IMG/VR virus record: IMGVR_UViG_3300021338_000003
Location: 124,001-188,000 of that record
DNA length: 64,000 bases
Direction: 5' to 3' (one strand)
Below, piece after piece: positions 45,901 to 55,078 of this stretch. A program made the translations under genes and the position numbers. Every line of letters starts with the position of its first letter. The stretch's first letter is position 1. The notes below the pieces were generated by a model. That model ran no database searches, was not told the origin of the DNA, and saw nothing but the letters and a program-made list of their open reading frames with translations.

Positions 45901-46459
45901 CGGCATCCTCCTCCATGGGACCGACAAGAAATTCGACCGCTTCAAGGCCGGCGCCTATTGGCGCGGTCACAGCGAGGAAGGCCATGGCCTAATATACTTC
46001 TCGGACCCCAACCGCCGGCCCGGCAGGAAGACCCAGGCCGAACACATCGCCGAGGCTCGGGGATGGTTGGCTGTGGTCCGTTTCGATGAGGCCCGTTCCA
46101 AGCCCTTCCAGCCGACCATCGACGACCAGGCGGCAGACATCGTGAGGGAGGCCGCCAAGCACGAGTGGGTGCAGGCCAGCAATGAGCGGCTCCGCCAGGC
46201 CCTGGGCAACCATATTCCCTATGAGTGGGCCTTCATCATCGCCAAACTCGCCATTCCGAAGGGCTACAACACCTTCAAGTTCTGGGAGCCGTCTGTCCAC
46301 GAATATAGCATCGCCATATCGGATCCGGACCTAGTGGAAATCGTCGAATGGCAGCCCCGAGGCCGGAATGCCATCATGATCGGAAAAATGGTGACAGAGG
46401 AAGTCGAGTTCTGGAAGGCAATTCAAGAGAGAATCGCTGCGAAGCGAGGGGAGTCCTGA
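42995..46459 (+). CDS. polyvalent multidomain protein: 2H phosphoesterase, GNAT-like, GWxxxxG domain, small THR domain, two ART-like domains
   Basis: PHVT and PHMT (2H); FFHGTS...GL...VYLT...DED; LLHGTDKKFDRF...IYFS. Confidence 0.75.
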   Translation: MTDEILGKYFVCLMPPKMAEIHQRIRRDLEKKFGEPIDHSGPPHVTVKYIGPVTRGDHDALLGNVMTRFALRSHRSPFHLRITGIDSFDRIEGGGTPLFLRVECPELHDFRKEMNEGWDPFSQPEKFPDFKPHMTLGYINRDLTSEEKEWLAKYEVKLTSICPTVVLTRNAYENVLVLNLSNDLTAATLEDFNKAPDAEAGEDPVIHEVAIIPLHERTDDNPAWKAIVEAALAKTRWYHIRSSDARGLHDQWTKLYGEGPNPFDPLSNVDKNTAYLAGFDEDDKLVVGGIVQGVSWDGDRGIYVHYIESKTSFAVAKLIQDWQREYDFITADLENKGLRRLAYRAGFKEYDKGVYLWHRGTPGPILMSWVGDSTLMDPSKLTALTRAQALTARWIEDSQVKSVPVHSWGWIGADGSIAYGTGDNDYHAQHAFRKVKEEYPSDFRTLPGLKYFTQARNIEEAERAINKALENDPDPFAAEDLFTDLISEASGILFGHGWIRVTHPNPGQFGFNGLSWEDASDRAKETILAYLATSTKQWNLDPESAIVWIDFSLEAQGKYTMAEFIDRFYGRKEVDEFFGIIMARSDLSPTSEDYAEFKESHGPNPGCSLGRDKDGYYVYTHRGRSPSYSSPGAIPASKVKQIERTGSAIEASTKRRFFHGTSTAFLDSIKREGLKATPPQRVWEGSLEAMDGYVYLTTSLWTATDHAMTASRKFPGEKLILVVELDRDDPRIFADEDLVPKVYGRIVEQWMHLVPRQERMELHELWELVHGHPPDPIGTNSREHAELLAKIGEGIGDRNDHSLGGLLKRFVNRDNLTIPRFAKLYFEETDSSDYPRFIKSVTERLNRDMTKYLKHIGMTRFIDPDRVVDFLMSSTIDDLDNASNESQGNRARWFVQHRDELAREWPEWFGPEAGMLSGEMPTVAVRDDVKPDEYWVIRGSLRDVKRYDDLENRGERVAGVLTASTKWDDGILLHGTDKKFDRFKAGAYWRGHSEEGHGLIYFSDPNRRPGRKTQAEHIAEARGWLAVVRFDEARSKPFQPTIDDQAADIVREAAKHEWVQASNERLRQALGNHIPYEWAFIIAKLAIPKGYNTFKFWEPSVHEYSIAISDPDLVEIVEWQPRGRNAIMIGKMVTEEVEFWKAIQERIAAKRGES

Positions 46460-49400
46460 TGCCCATTACCGCCTACCACTGTGGTCCCCATATCGAACGG
46501 TTCACCCTAGACCGTGTCGGAACCGGAGAGGGTAACATGGCCCTCGGTCCCGGGGTGTACTTTGCCACCAATCCCCACATCGCCCGACGATACTGCAAGT
46601 ATCATGACAACGCCGAATTGACCGTTGTGGAAATAGACGACCGGGGCCTGTACGAGAGTCGGAGTGGCAATCCCGAGCACCTCAAGAAGGGCCTGATAGA
46701 ATTGGCCCGAATGCTCGCTGCTCAAAAAGGCATGACCTCTCTTCCGATGGGTAATACCCTCAAACATGGTCCGGGGTCAGTAGGGGATATCTTCCGAGCT
46801 GTGGGACCCAGGTCCGGTCGGAAGCTCATGTCTACGATCGGCATCACTGGGCTCTTGGAACGCATGCCTGGTTCTAATGGCATCGAAATAGCGGTCTACG
46901 ACCTATCCATTATCCGGATTGTGGATAGAATTGCTCCGGGGTCAATCGAGGCAGCGGCTCCCAAATATAGTCCTCTTCGTGAACTTCAGCCGGGCGAACC
47001 CAAAACGTATGACCTTCACGCATACCATGCCACTAGTACCGACAATTGGCTGCCCATTCGACGCAAGGGTCTAGTGCCCGGGGCATCGAAGCCAGCAGGC
47101 CAGGACTGGATGGGCCGGTGGTCTGGAAAGGCCATATACTTCCACCAAGAGTTTCCAGACCATGAACTGGATAACGCTCATGATGGAGAGAACTTCTGGA
47201 CTATCGTTCTCGAATACCGATTCAGTGAACATGCCGATCGAGTTGTTCCTGATGAAGAATGGGGTAGCATGCACATGACCCCCGAGGCTATAAGGACCAA
47301 AGCCCCGATTGCGGTCGGAAACCGTATACCTTCTACTGACCTTGTAGCCATCCATCTCCCTGATTTGCCTTCAGCCCGAGAGTGGGCCCGAGAAAATGCC
47401 CGGGGCAAGAAGGTTGTATTTCACAAAGATGGAATTCATGCATCGACCGACTACAGCCGAGGCACTGGGTACGATTCGGTTGACGGGTATGAATACCTCA
47501 TCAAAGGTGAGAAAGACGATGGGCTAGAGAGGGCCAGGAAGTGGGGTCTGTCCGACTCCCAATACAAGGTCCAGGAATGTGGTGATGGTCCCCAGTTGGT
47601 CTTGGTGAATGGGGCCATTGACGACTTGGACTGGTTCACCTCCAAGCACAATGAAGAGCTTTTCTACCGCCACCCAGACAATCCTGATCAAGATTGGGTC
47701 CCTTTGTCCCGACACTTCGGCAAGTCAGTAGAAGCCGTCTGGGACGAGCACAAATACCACTCCTGGGCCTGGGTCAGTCCGAAGGGTGAGCTTATCGAGA
47801 TGGAGAACAGAGAAGACCATCGACAATGGGCTCGGGAATATCTGGAGAAAAATGAGGGCAAGTATGCCGGCCCTTGGGAAGCCCACCAAATTCTCCGCGA
47901 GGAAGGGTGGACGGCCATGACCACCCCATTCATCTTCAATGGGCCTGGAGAGGAGCCATGGGACCTCCCTCAGGCGGCCCTTAACACCATCATCGAGACA
48001 GCAATCGAGTATTCCATCGAACTTGGTGCTGACCCCGAGGATATAGACCAGCTTGGTGGGTACATACAGTGGGAAGGCCGGAATGGTCGACTGGAATCGA
48101 TGTCTCTGGCCGATTTCGTGGCCAAATATGGTGGCCGCAAATGGGAGGATAAGCTCTTCAGTGGTATGATGGAGCGCCTTGGTGCCGTTCGAGTTCCAGA
48201 CCTCAAAATAACAAAGAAAGAACTTACTATGATGGGCACGGCTTTCTATGCGTGGGATGGAGACCTCAAAATCGGGTCTTTGCACATCACCCATCCCTTT
48301 GGGCCCGAGGACCGTCGATTCCAATACCTGTCACGGGGGTGTGAGGTCGAGTTTCAAAAACTCCGGGACTCCATGGGTGCCGACTTGAAGCTTTGCCTAG
48401 TAATCTCGTCTGAGGTTTCTAAGGCATATCGAGGAATGGGAGTAGGAGGGAAGCTCTATCGGGAAGCCCTGGACTGGTGCCGCAAAGAAGGAGCAGCCCT
48501 TGGTCCCGACAAGTGTGGCGCAGGGGGACATACCTCAGACGATGCTTTGAAGGTATGGGAATCCCTGAAGAGGGAGTTTCCACATGTCGGGGAGATCATT
48601 GCCGAGGATGAAGGTGAAGACGAGGACTCGGGGTCTAGCACCCAGCGCAACTCCGACCCTCTTCCCTCCGAGTTCCGGGACTACATGAAGGAAAAGGGCA
48701 AGGCATTCACCAGCCCCAAGAGTGGCAACAAGGTCCTCTTCGATTCTCTCCCCTGGGAAGAGCAGCTGAAGCACTACGAGAAGTGGAAGCGGGAGCATGA
48801 CGACGGCCGTGACCATGCTCGGGATGAGGCCGAGGATGAAGAGGCCGAGCATGACGCTGATCTGGCCAACTCCGACAAGAACTTCGAGACCTCCCAAGAA
48901 CGCAAGATGGAGGAGGAGAAGGCTCGGGATAAGGCTGAAAGGGGAGACCCCAAAGATCCCTCGGTGCCCCCAAAGGATAAGCCTCGCCAAATCCTTCCTA
49001 ACGGAGAGCCTGCGGCTACCGGGAACAACCTTCACCCGGACACCCAGGTATCATTCACCGACGTTGCCAATGAGATTGGATGGTCGGACGACGACAAGCG
49101 GGAGTTCCAAGAGGAAATCTTCAAGAAGGAGGCCAAGGAGGTTGATAGTCATGCCTCCAACTTCCGGACTAACCGGGAACGGTATGGCATCGGTATGGCT
49201 ATTCTGATGTTCTTCATGGACCTTGGGGTGTCGGCCCATAATAAGGTCCGGGATTTCGCCAAGGACACCCTGGAGCACATCAAGAAGGACATCGGCCAGA
49301 CCAAGGATGAGGCAGGCCAGGCAGTCGATGAAGCCAACCAACTCAAGCAAGAAGTCATCGACCACTACACGACCGTCCTGAAGGAGGGACCCTCGAAAGC

Positions 49401-50064
49401 GGCCCGAAAGATGGAAGAGAAGGTGGAGGGGTCCTATGATATCATTAACCACTGTCCCCACTGTCAGGGTATCCTTCACGACGGCCCGAGATGGTATCTG
49501 ACTTGTCCTACTCCTGAATGTGGCTACTGTGTGTGCTTCCCCGGGTTCAAAGATATCAAGGGTATTGGCCTACCCGGCCCATGTGAGAGACTCCCAGGCA
49601 CGTTCACTTGGACCCCCATCCCCAAAGATGACCCCCGACTTATCCAGCATCAGGAAAAGGTTAGGCAGAACCTGGACTATTTCAAGACCAAGTTTGGGAT
49701 TGAAGGGTCTACTAATATCAAGGACTGGGTGATAGACCATGGGCCCGAGTTCACTCTCTACCGAGAGGTGATCCTGGAAGACCACGAGGACCTCGATATA
49801 TCCAAGCTCGGCCAATTCTGGACCCCTGACTTCAAGAAGGCTCACAGTCCTTTTGCCCGGGTTGATAGTAAGGTAGGCAAGCCTTGGGTTCTCAAGGTCA
49901 TTGTTCAGGAGGATGACATCGATATGCCTGGGACTATCGCCGCTCTTCGTCGTCATCCTGGGGAGGCGGAGATACGCCTCATCAGAGGTCGAAGGTTGAC
50001 CAACATCCAAGTTCTAGATAGGGAAGGAAACGAGGTCACCACCATCCCTAGAGGAATCGTGTAA
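46459..50064 (+). CDS. polyvalent multidomain protein: two N-terminal ART-like domains, WVSPKG domain, GNAT, Zn ribbon, C-terminal R-S-E-like ART
   Basis: AYHCG...GTGEG...GPGVYFA; AYHATS...GL...IYF...PDEE; VSKAYRGMGVGGKLY; CPHC...CPTPEC; LYRE...LGQFWT...EAEIRL; TGATG coupling fixes the start. Confidence 0.75.
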   Translation: MPITAYHCGPHIERFTLDRVGTGEGNMALGPGVYFATNPHIARRYCKYHDNAELTVVEIDDRGLYESRSGNPEHLKKGLIELARMLAAQKGMTSLPMGNTLKHGPGSVGDIFRAVGPRSGRKLMSTIGITGLLERMPGSNGIEIAVYDLSIIRIVDRIAPGSIEAAAPKYSPLRELQPGEPKTYDLHAYHATSTDNWLPIRRKGLVPGASKPAGQDWMGRWSGKAIYFHQEFPDHELDNAHDGENFWTIVLEYRFSEHADRVVPDEEWGSMHMTPEAIRTKAPIAVGNRIPSTDLVAIHLPDLPSAREWARENARGKKVVFHKDGIHASTDYSRGTGYDSVDGYEYLIKGEKDDGLERARKWGLSDSQYKVQECGDGPQLVLVNGAIDDLDWFTSKHNEELFYRHPDNPDQDWVPLSRHFGKSVEAVWDEHKYHSWAWVSPKGELIEMENREDHRQWAREYLEKNEGKYAGPWEAHQILREEGWTAMTTPFIFNGPGEEPWDLPQAALNTIIETAIEYSIELGADPEDIDQLGGYIQWEGRNGRLESMSLADFVAKYGGRKWEDKLFSGMMERLGAVRVPDLKITKKELTMMGTAFYAWDGDLKIGSLHITHPFGPEDRRFQYLSRGCEVEFQKLRDSMGADLKLCLVISSEVSKAYRGMGVGGKLYREALDWCRKEGAALGPDKCGAGGHTSDDALKVWESLKREFPHVGEIIAEDEGEDEDSGSSTQRNSDPLPSEFRDYMKEKGKAFTSPKSGNKVLFDSLPWEEQLKHYEKWKREHDDGRDHARDEAEDEEAEHDADLANSDKNFETSQERKMEEEKARDKAERGDPKDPSVPPKDKPRQILPNGEPAATGNNLHPDTQVSFTDVANEIGWSDDDKREFQEEIFKKEAKEVDSHASNFRTNRERYGIGMAILMFFMDLGVSAHNKVRDFAKDTLEHIKKDIGQTKDEAGQAVDEANQLKQEVIDHYTTVLKEGPSKAARKMEEKVEGSYDIINHCPHCQGILHDGPRWYLTCPTPECGYCVCFPGFKDIKGIGLPGPCERLPGTFTWTPIPKDDPRLIQHQEKVRQNLDYFKTKFGIEGSTNIKDWVIDHGPEFTLYREVILEDHEDLDISKLGQFWTPDFKKAHSPFARVDSKVGKPWVLKVIVQEDDIDMPGTIAALRRHPGEAEIRLIRGRRLTNIQVLDREGNEVTTIPRGIV

Positions 50065-50065
50065 A

Positions 50066-50095
50066 CTTCACGCCCAGGCAGGAGCGGGCGTGAAG
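50066..50095 (+). terminator. stem-loop after the polyprotein genes
   Basis: CTTCACGCCC...GGGCGTGAAG. Confidence 0.6.
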
Positions 50096-50187
50096 CTATC
50101 ACCCAAGTGGCAAGAATCTCTGCTTTCCAAACAATCCAGAATTCAGCCTACCGAAAACCACATCTTCGGCTTGGTAGGGTCCTGGAC

Positions 50188-50216
50188 TTGCACCCTCTTG
50201 TGTGCCATGTTATAAT
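50188..50216 (+). promoter_or_regulatory. sigma70-type promoter, TGCCATGT class
   Basis: TTGCAC-17 nt ending TGCCATGT-TATAAT. Confidence 0.8.
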
Positions 50217-50237
50217 AGTTATACAAGAGAGGACAAC

Positions 50238-50486
50238 ATGGCCGCCAAGATTCCTACTGATACCCTTTTCGCCGCCACCTACATCGATCAGGAGGGTATC
50301 CACCGCACCTGGACCGGTGGTCTGTCCTGGGCCGACGCCCACAAGGAGGACAGCGACCTCCGTGACGCCGAGCCCGATGCTCGGGGCTACGAGGTGGTAC
50401 CCCAGGTGGTGGCCGATGCCCGCCAGGGCCGGGCCGAGGGCAAGACCTTCAATGTTGAAGTTCAGGTTGGCTGGCGTCAGTTCTGA
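50238..50486 (+). CDS. small early-type hypothetical protein
   Basis: GAGG RBS directly after promoter. Confidence 0.65.
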   Translation: MAAKIPTDTLFAATYIDQEGIHRTWTGGLSWADAHKEDSDLRDAEPDARGYEVVPQVVADARQGRAEGKTFNVEVQVGWRQF

Positions 50487-50501
50487 GCAAAGGAGGTTTC
50501 T

Positions 50502-50843
50502 ATGAACCCGATCGAAGCAGTTGTCAGCAAGCACTCCGTCCAGGCCAAGTCATGGAACGAGGATGACATCGAGGGCTACGCCAACGAGACTCTTCTCCTG
50601 GACGGCACCAACAGTGAGGTCGAGGACCTCTTCAACATCCTTAAGACGCCTCGGAAGGCATGCGCTTACGTCAACGTTGATGGTAAGGATTTCATCGCCT
50701 GGTGCGAGTCAGAGATTGACGAACCCGAGATGATGAAGGCCATCATCTTCAAATACTGCGAAATTAACCTTGACAAGCGCTGTCGTAGTGTCGAAGTTAT
50801 CGAACTGGTCATTACCGGTCGTCCTATGTTCGAGATGGCCTGA
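50502..50843 (+). CDS. hypothetical protein
   Basis: AAGGAGG RBS. Confidence 0.65.
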   Translation: MNPIEAVVSKHSVQAKSWNEDDIEGYANETLLLDGTNSEVEDLFNILKTPRKACAYVNVDGKDFIAWCESEIDEPEMMKAIIFKYCEINLDKRCRSVEVIELVITGRPMFEMA

Positions 50844-50867
50844 GATTCAGAGACCTGGTAAGGTATT

Positions 50868-50901
50868 AGGCGGTGATACCAGTTGGAAGGTATCACCGCC
50901 T
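50868..50901 (+). terminator. stem-loop
   Basis: AGGCGGTGATACC...GGTATCACCGCCT. Confidence 0.6.
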
Positions 50902-50925
50902 CATCTGTATTTGGGGGACACCATC

Positions 50926-51918
50926 GTGTCGAACAGCATCCGCAAAGCCATCGCAGACCACATCAACCTGGAGGATGGTCCTATTGATTTGGGGTGGGTT
51001 CACGGCCTCCCTCAGGGCATCACAGTCTATAAGAAAATGAATGTTCTTCACGACGTCGGGGAGATTGCTCTAGGCGGCTTGGACGGTGAGTGGCTCCTCG
51101 ATCGTGAATACACCGAGGGTGTCAAGGATCGACGAAGCACTCAAAAATCCATCACCATTGAAGCCCAAGCTCTGAAGCGAGACATCGACTTCAGGGGTAC
51201 AGCGAGAATGGCCCACAAATATCCCAAGGCACGAGGTGTGATGCTTCGCCGAGGGGCCAGAGTTCATGTGGTTGGATTCTGGGAGCGTGGCGAGTGGATG
51301 GACATCAAGAAGTGGGGCCGTGTAGCCTCGGTGTCCATTCTGGCTGCGGACGAATTGGAGTCCTGGGAGAAGAAGGCCGACGTCGTCTCCAACATTATGG
51401 GTGGGTCGGCTCAGGTGTGGGGTCCTGATGCCCTTCTATTGTCCCTGACCGGACCCGGGGTCAACCTCCATTTCACCCAATCCGGCGATGTTATGACCAT
51501 GGAACTCGGGGCTCTGGGTAATTACGAGGACCTAGCCCAGTGGATTTCTGTCTCCCTACCTCCCGAAGCCCTCAAGGGACGTAAGCCCAGCCAAGAATAC
51601 GAAGAGGCAGAAAACAAGAAGAAGTACCTCCACGAAGTCCTTCTTGATGGTCTCCGCAAGGCCGGGATGCGGGTGAAGATGGAAGGCCATCGTATCTCCG
51701 TGGGCGGGTTTGCGGACATCGTGGAAGTCCTCACCTTCATGTGGGATGAGGAAGCCTCTCAAGCCATCATCGATTACTTCGGCCGTCGTCCCGAGGGGGA
51801 GATCATCGAGACCGACCATGCTGCATCTGCCGAGAAGGGAGAGGATGGGGAGACCACGGAGGACGAGGAGGACGGGGAACTGTCCGAAGAAGAGTTGGAC
51901 GCCCTCGAATCCGCCTAG
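50926..51918 (+). CDS. two-domain protein; N domain resembles a degenerate copy of the C-terminal ART-like domain of 46459..50064
   Basis: ITVYK...LDGEW...RDIDFRGT aligns by eye with FTLYR...LGQFW...DDIDMPGT. Confidence 0.55.
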   Translation: MSNSIRKAIADHINLEDGPIDLGWVHGLPQGITVYKKMNVLHDVGEIALGGLDGEWLLDREYTEGVKDRRSTQKSITIEAQALKRDIDFRGTARMAHKYPKARGVMLRRGARVHVVGFWERGEWMDIKKWGRVASVSILAADELESWEKKADVVSNIMGGSAQVWGPDALLLSLTGPGVNLHFTQSGDVMTMELGALGNYEDLAQWISVSLPPEALKGRKPSQEYEEAENKKKYLHEVLLDGLRKAGMRVKMEGHRISVGGFADIVEVLTFMWDEEASQAIIDYFGRRPEGEIIETDHAASAEKGEDGETTEDEEDGELSEEELDALESA

Positions 51919-51959
51919 CCCAAGCAGTTACCAAACGTACACCTTCATAGAGGTTCTTC

Positions 51960-52907
51960 ATGAACACGCTTCGCAATGTTGTTCTGGTCGCCAACGATGG
52001 CGAAGACACGCTCCCCAAGGAATTCAACCTTGAGAATCCTGCTCGTATGGCGGCCATTGCCATGGGTATGGTGTCCGTGGCTACCGCCATGGCCTCGGGC
52101 GTGATGCTCATGTACCCCGAGGAGATTCAGGGTGCCACCCGTGTTATGATTCGTAAGATGCAGCGCCTGGAGCGAAAGTTCCGCCAGACTCCTTATTTCG
52201 CAGAAAGCAAGGCGTTCGTTAAGCGAATTCAGAACATCTTCTCTCGTAGTCGAGACCCCCGCCTCGAAGTCCCTACCGAGGTAACCTCGGCTGCTAACAT
52301 AGAGGATGCCGAAATCCGCCTAGCTTTCGGCGGTTATGACCGCGAAGTCAGTAAGACAAGAATCAAGGTGGCCCTTCGTGTTCTTCAAGTGGCTGTGGGC
52401 CTCTTGACTGTGGCTGTCTCCTTGTTCCGTACTCTTTCCTCTTGGGAGGATGACCCGGGTATGGTGGCTTTGTATGAGGACACCAAGGGCATTGTGACCT
52501 CTGCTGGTGCCGCCGGTTACCGGGGTACCGCCCAGCGCATCATGAACATGGCTGTCTACCGAACCGTTCGCAACACGACCCAGATTGGGGGCCTTCTACC
52601 CCGCTCCGGAAAGGATATCATTCCTCGCACCGCCAGCACCAACCTGGACCGGCGAATAAGCGGACCTCGGGAATTGATGCGGGCTGTCCAGTTCGAGAAT
52701 TTTGAGGAGGATGAGGAGGGAGACCATTCACTTCATCTAGATGCCGGGCTGTGGGTTGACATCGCGCAGGGTGGACTTAAGGTTCAGGTCCATAACTCTG
52801 TTACTGACGAAACGCGAGAACTCGCGTTTCCCTTCACAGCAGGAGATTTGGTCGAAGCCATCGATGAAGTCTGGTATCATGAGCCTGGTGAGTCCTACAT
52901 TGCCTAG
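51960..52907 (+). CDS. hypothetical protein with two hydrophobic helices, possibly virion-internal
   Basis: Long ORF; MNTLRNVVLVA N-terminus. Confidence 0.65.
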   Translation: MNTLRNVVLVANDGEDTLPKEFNLENPARMAAIAMGMVSVATAMASGVMLMYPEEIQGATRVMIRKMQRLERKFRQTPYFAESKAFVKRIQNIFSRSRDPRLEVPTEVTSAANIEDAEIRLAFGGYDREVSKTRIKVALRVLQVAVGLLTVAVSLFRTLSSWEDDPGMVALYEDTKGIVTSAGAAGYRGTAQRIMNMAVYRTVRNTTQIGGLLPRSGKDIIPRTASTNLDRRISGPRELMRAVQFENFEEDEEGDHSLHLDAGLWVDIAQGGLKVQVHNSVTDETRELAFPFTAGDLVEAIDEVWYHEPGESYIA

Positions 52908-53172
52908 AAACAAAAAGAAGAGAGATAAGAAAACACGGACCACTAACCCCAAAATTCGAACTTCAGTGGTCCGCATGTTTAACGCTGATGGCCCTGACAA
53001 GACATTCGCCCATGAGGTTGCATTCCTTGAAGAACGGTGCTGCGACCGCGAAGTGGGTGAAGATGAGGACGAAATCATCCCCTTGGTTCAAACCTTCTTG
53101 AGAAACCACACTCGGTCTGCGGAACACAAACAGGCCGAGCAGTCTATCAAGGACGTCCTGGGTATCGGATAG
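52900..53172 (+). CDS. hypothetical protein
   Basis: TTG start overlapping the upstream stop region. Confidence 0.45.
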   Translation: MPRNKKKRDKKTRTTNPKIRTSVVRMFNADGPDKTFAHEVAFLEERCCDREVGEDEDEIIPLVQTFLRNHTRSAEHKQAEQSIKDVLGIG

Positions 53173-53221
53173 ATTTCTCATATGGAAGGGGGGCCGTTCC
53201 CTCTACATATGAGGAGGAAGT

Positions 53222-53806
53222 ATGCCACATCCAGGCACAGTGACACTCGGCCCTGGCATCGGTGCCCCATCCAACGACTTCGGGGTCCGTGTCTTCGCCT
53301 TGTACGACAACAACCGTACCAACGCTCCCCAGACGTTCCATGGCGTGTCCATTGGCGCTGCTCGTGAGGATGCTGGTGGTCTTGCGGGTGGTCAGGTCCT
53401 GCCTGTTGGTCGTGTAACCAACTGGACGGCCCAGGGATACCAGCGGGATGCCACGCACACCTACGAGCTTTCTGCAGCCACGACTGGAAAGGCTGTGGAC
53501 CTTACTCCGGGTCGGAACACCCAGTACAGTGCCAGCATGACTCGTGTTGAGCTGTGGGGCAACGAGCTAGAGGTGGCTCTCGGGCTCACCGATGCTGATG
53601 AGGTCTTTGAGGACCTTGCCGATCAGGACCGCTCATTCCAGTGTGATGAGACCCTGATGCGCCACACCACCCTGTATCGTCATTGGGTGTACCGTGGCTG
53701 CTGGCTCACCTCGATGAACGTCAATGGCTTCGAGGCCGAGGCTGGTGACATGCGTGTCATCCGTCAGGCCGAGCTGATGTACGTCCGTCGGGAGCGTCGG
53801 GTCTGA
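53222..53806 (+). CDS. tail tube protein
   Basis: VGRV...YEL...VDLTPG...TRVELW...DLADQDRSF...YRGCWLTS: myovirus tube pattern. Confidence 0.75.
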   Translation: MPHPGTVTLGPGIGAPSNDFGVRVFALYDNNRTNAPQTFHGVSIGAAREDAGGLAGGQVLPVGRVTNWTAQGYQRDATHTYELSAATTGKAVDLTPGRNTQYSASMTRVELWGNELEVALGLTDADEVFEDLADQDRSFQCDETLMRHTTLYRHWVYRGCWLTSMNVNGFEAEAGDMRVIRQAELMYVRRERRV

Positions 53807-53830
53807 CAGCTCACAGTAGATGTCGACCTC

Positions 53831-53858
53831 GGGGCGCGGCGTTAACGCCGCGCCCTTT
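53831..53858 (+). terminator. intrinsic terminator
   Basis: GGGCGCGGCG-TTAA-CGCCGCGCCC followed by TTT. Confidence 0.75.
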
Positions 53859-53890
53859 GTGTATCCCAGATCCGCCCCAAAGGGGGTGTT

Positions 53891-54193
53891 GTGAGCGAGT
53901 TCGACCCCAAGAATGGGCGAATGATGGTTAAGCACTGGGAAACCCCCGACTTCCCTGTGTCCAGGTGTGTACAGTGTACCACTCCCATTCTGTGCAGCAA
54001 AAAAGATCGATGCATCCTCAGTGGGTCTTCTGATGACGCCGAGGTGTGGCTGTCAGTCCAACAAGCCCAAAAATATGCTATGGTATCCATTCAAGAAGAC
54101 AGGGCCCTTCGGAAGGAAAAACGATATAGGATCTACGCCATACTCCTAGTAATAGCAGCCCTTCTGCTTCTTGGACTAATTTGCCTCGGTTAA
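53891..54193 (+). CDS. small protein with Cys cluster and C-terminal TM
   Basis: CVQC...C...C; hydrophobic C-terminus. Confidence 0.5.
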   Translation: MSEFDPKNGRMMVKHWETPDFPVSRCVQCTTPILCSKKDRCILSGSSDDAEVWLSVQQAQKYAMVSIQEDRALRKEKRYRIYAILLVIAALLLLGLICLG

Positions 54194-55024
54194 GAAATCC
54201 CAAGACTCGATTCGAGTCTGAATGGCCTTAGGCAACAAAGGCCAAAAGGCATGATTATCTCGCACCTTCCTGGGCAGAGTAGGGGAGATTCTATATTGTT
54301 CCAGTATCACCGGCTTAGCCTCTTTGAGGAAAATTTCCGAGGCAACCCTGTAGGCAGCATCAGCCCGCCCCGGCAAGACATCAGCCCGCACACCGATTAA
54401 GCGGCAATTGTGCAGGATGTTGTATCTGAACATCGTTTCAAACGAAACGCCCAACTTAGCCAATAGCACCTTTTCGGAAGCTCGGAGCTTTCCGCCCACT
54501 AGGATGACCGGGCATCGAATGAATCCGAATGGCTCGTCGTCGGGGAGGGTTCGAGAATCAAACCTCCCCGACGCCAAAATGGGTTCCCATTGCTTTTCCT
54601 TTTCTTCTTCGGTGTCAATGGTTGTAGCCCGTTCTGGGGTGGCAACCCTGGTGGGCATAGGATTGAGAACCATCTGGGCCGCCAGCTTGAGCTTCGAATC
54701 CCACCCCCGGGCTTCGCGCAACTCCTTCTTACGCTTCCGATGGTCTTCCTCTGGGCCGATCTCTATTGAACCCCTGTGGATACTCCGGGACAGCTCGTTG
54801 AGGTCCTTGGCCCATAGGGAGCGCTCCATGGGGTGTAGAGGACTCACCAGGGAGGTTAGTGATCTCCTTCGAAGACCCAAAATACGAATGGCATCCTTTT
54901 CCAAGCCGGCCTGGCGGGCAATGTATGCCGCAAATCCCAAGGTCTGGTTGACCCGCAGGATGTTAGGGTCATCGACGTCTAGAAGGACAGAGGAGAGAAG
55001 CCGACTTATTTCTTCTGAAACCAT
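54176..55024 (-). CDS. hypothetical protein
   Basis: Start reassigned to ATG 55024 (AAGGA RBS), avoiding overlap with the divergent gene. Confidence 0.6.
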   Translation of the reverse strand: MVSEEISRLLSSVLLDVDDPNILRVNQTLGFAAYIARQAGLEKDAIRILGLRRRSLTSLVSPLHPMERSLWAKDLNELSRSIHRGSIEIGPEEDHRKRKKELREARGWDSKLKLAAQMVLNPMPTRVATPERATTIDTEEEKEKQWEPILASGRFDSRTLPDDEPFGFIRCPVILVGGKLRASEKVLLAKLGVSFETMFRYNILHNCRLIGVRADVLPGRADAAYRVASEIFLKEAKPVILEQYRISPTLPRKVRDNHAFWPLLPKAIQTRIESWDFLTEAN

Positions 55025-55078
55025 GTTATCCTTTACGCTGAAGCTTCGACGTGCTATAATGACCGGCTGGAGGTTAGT

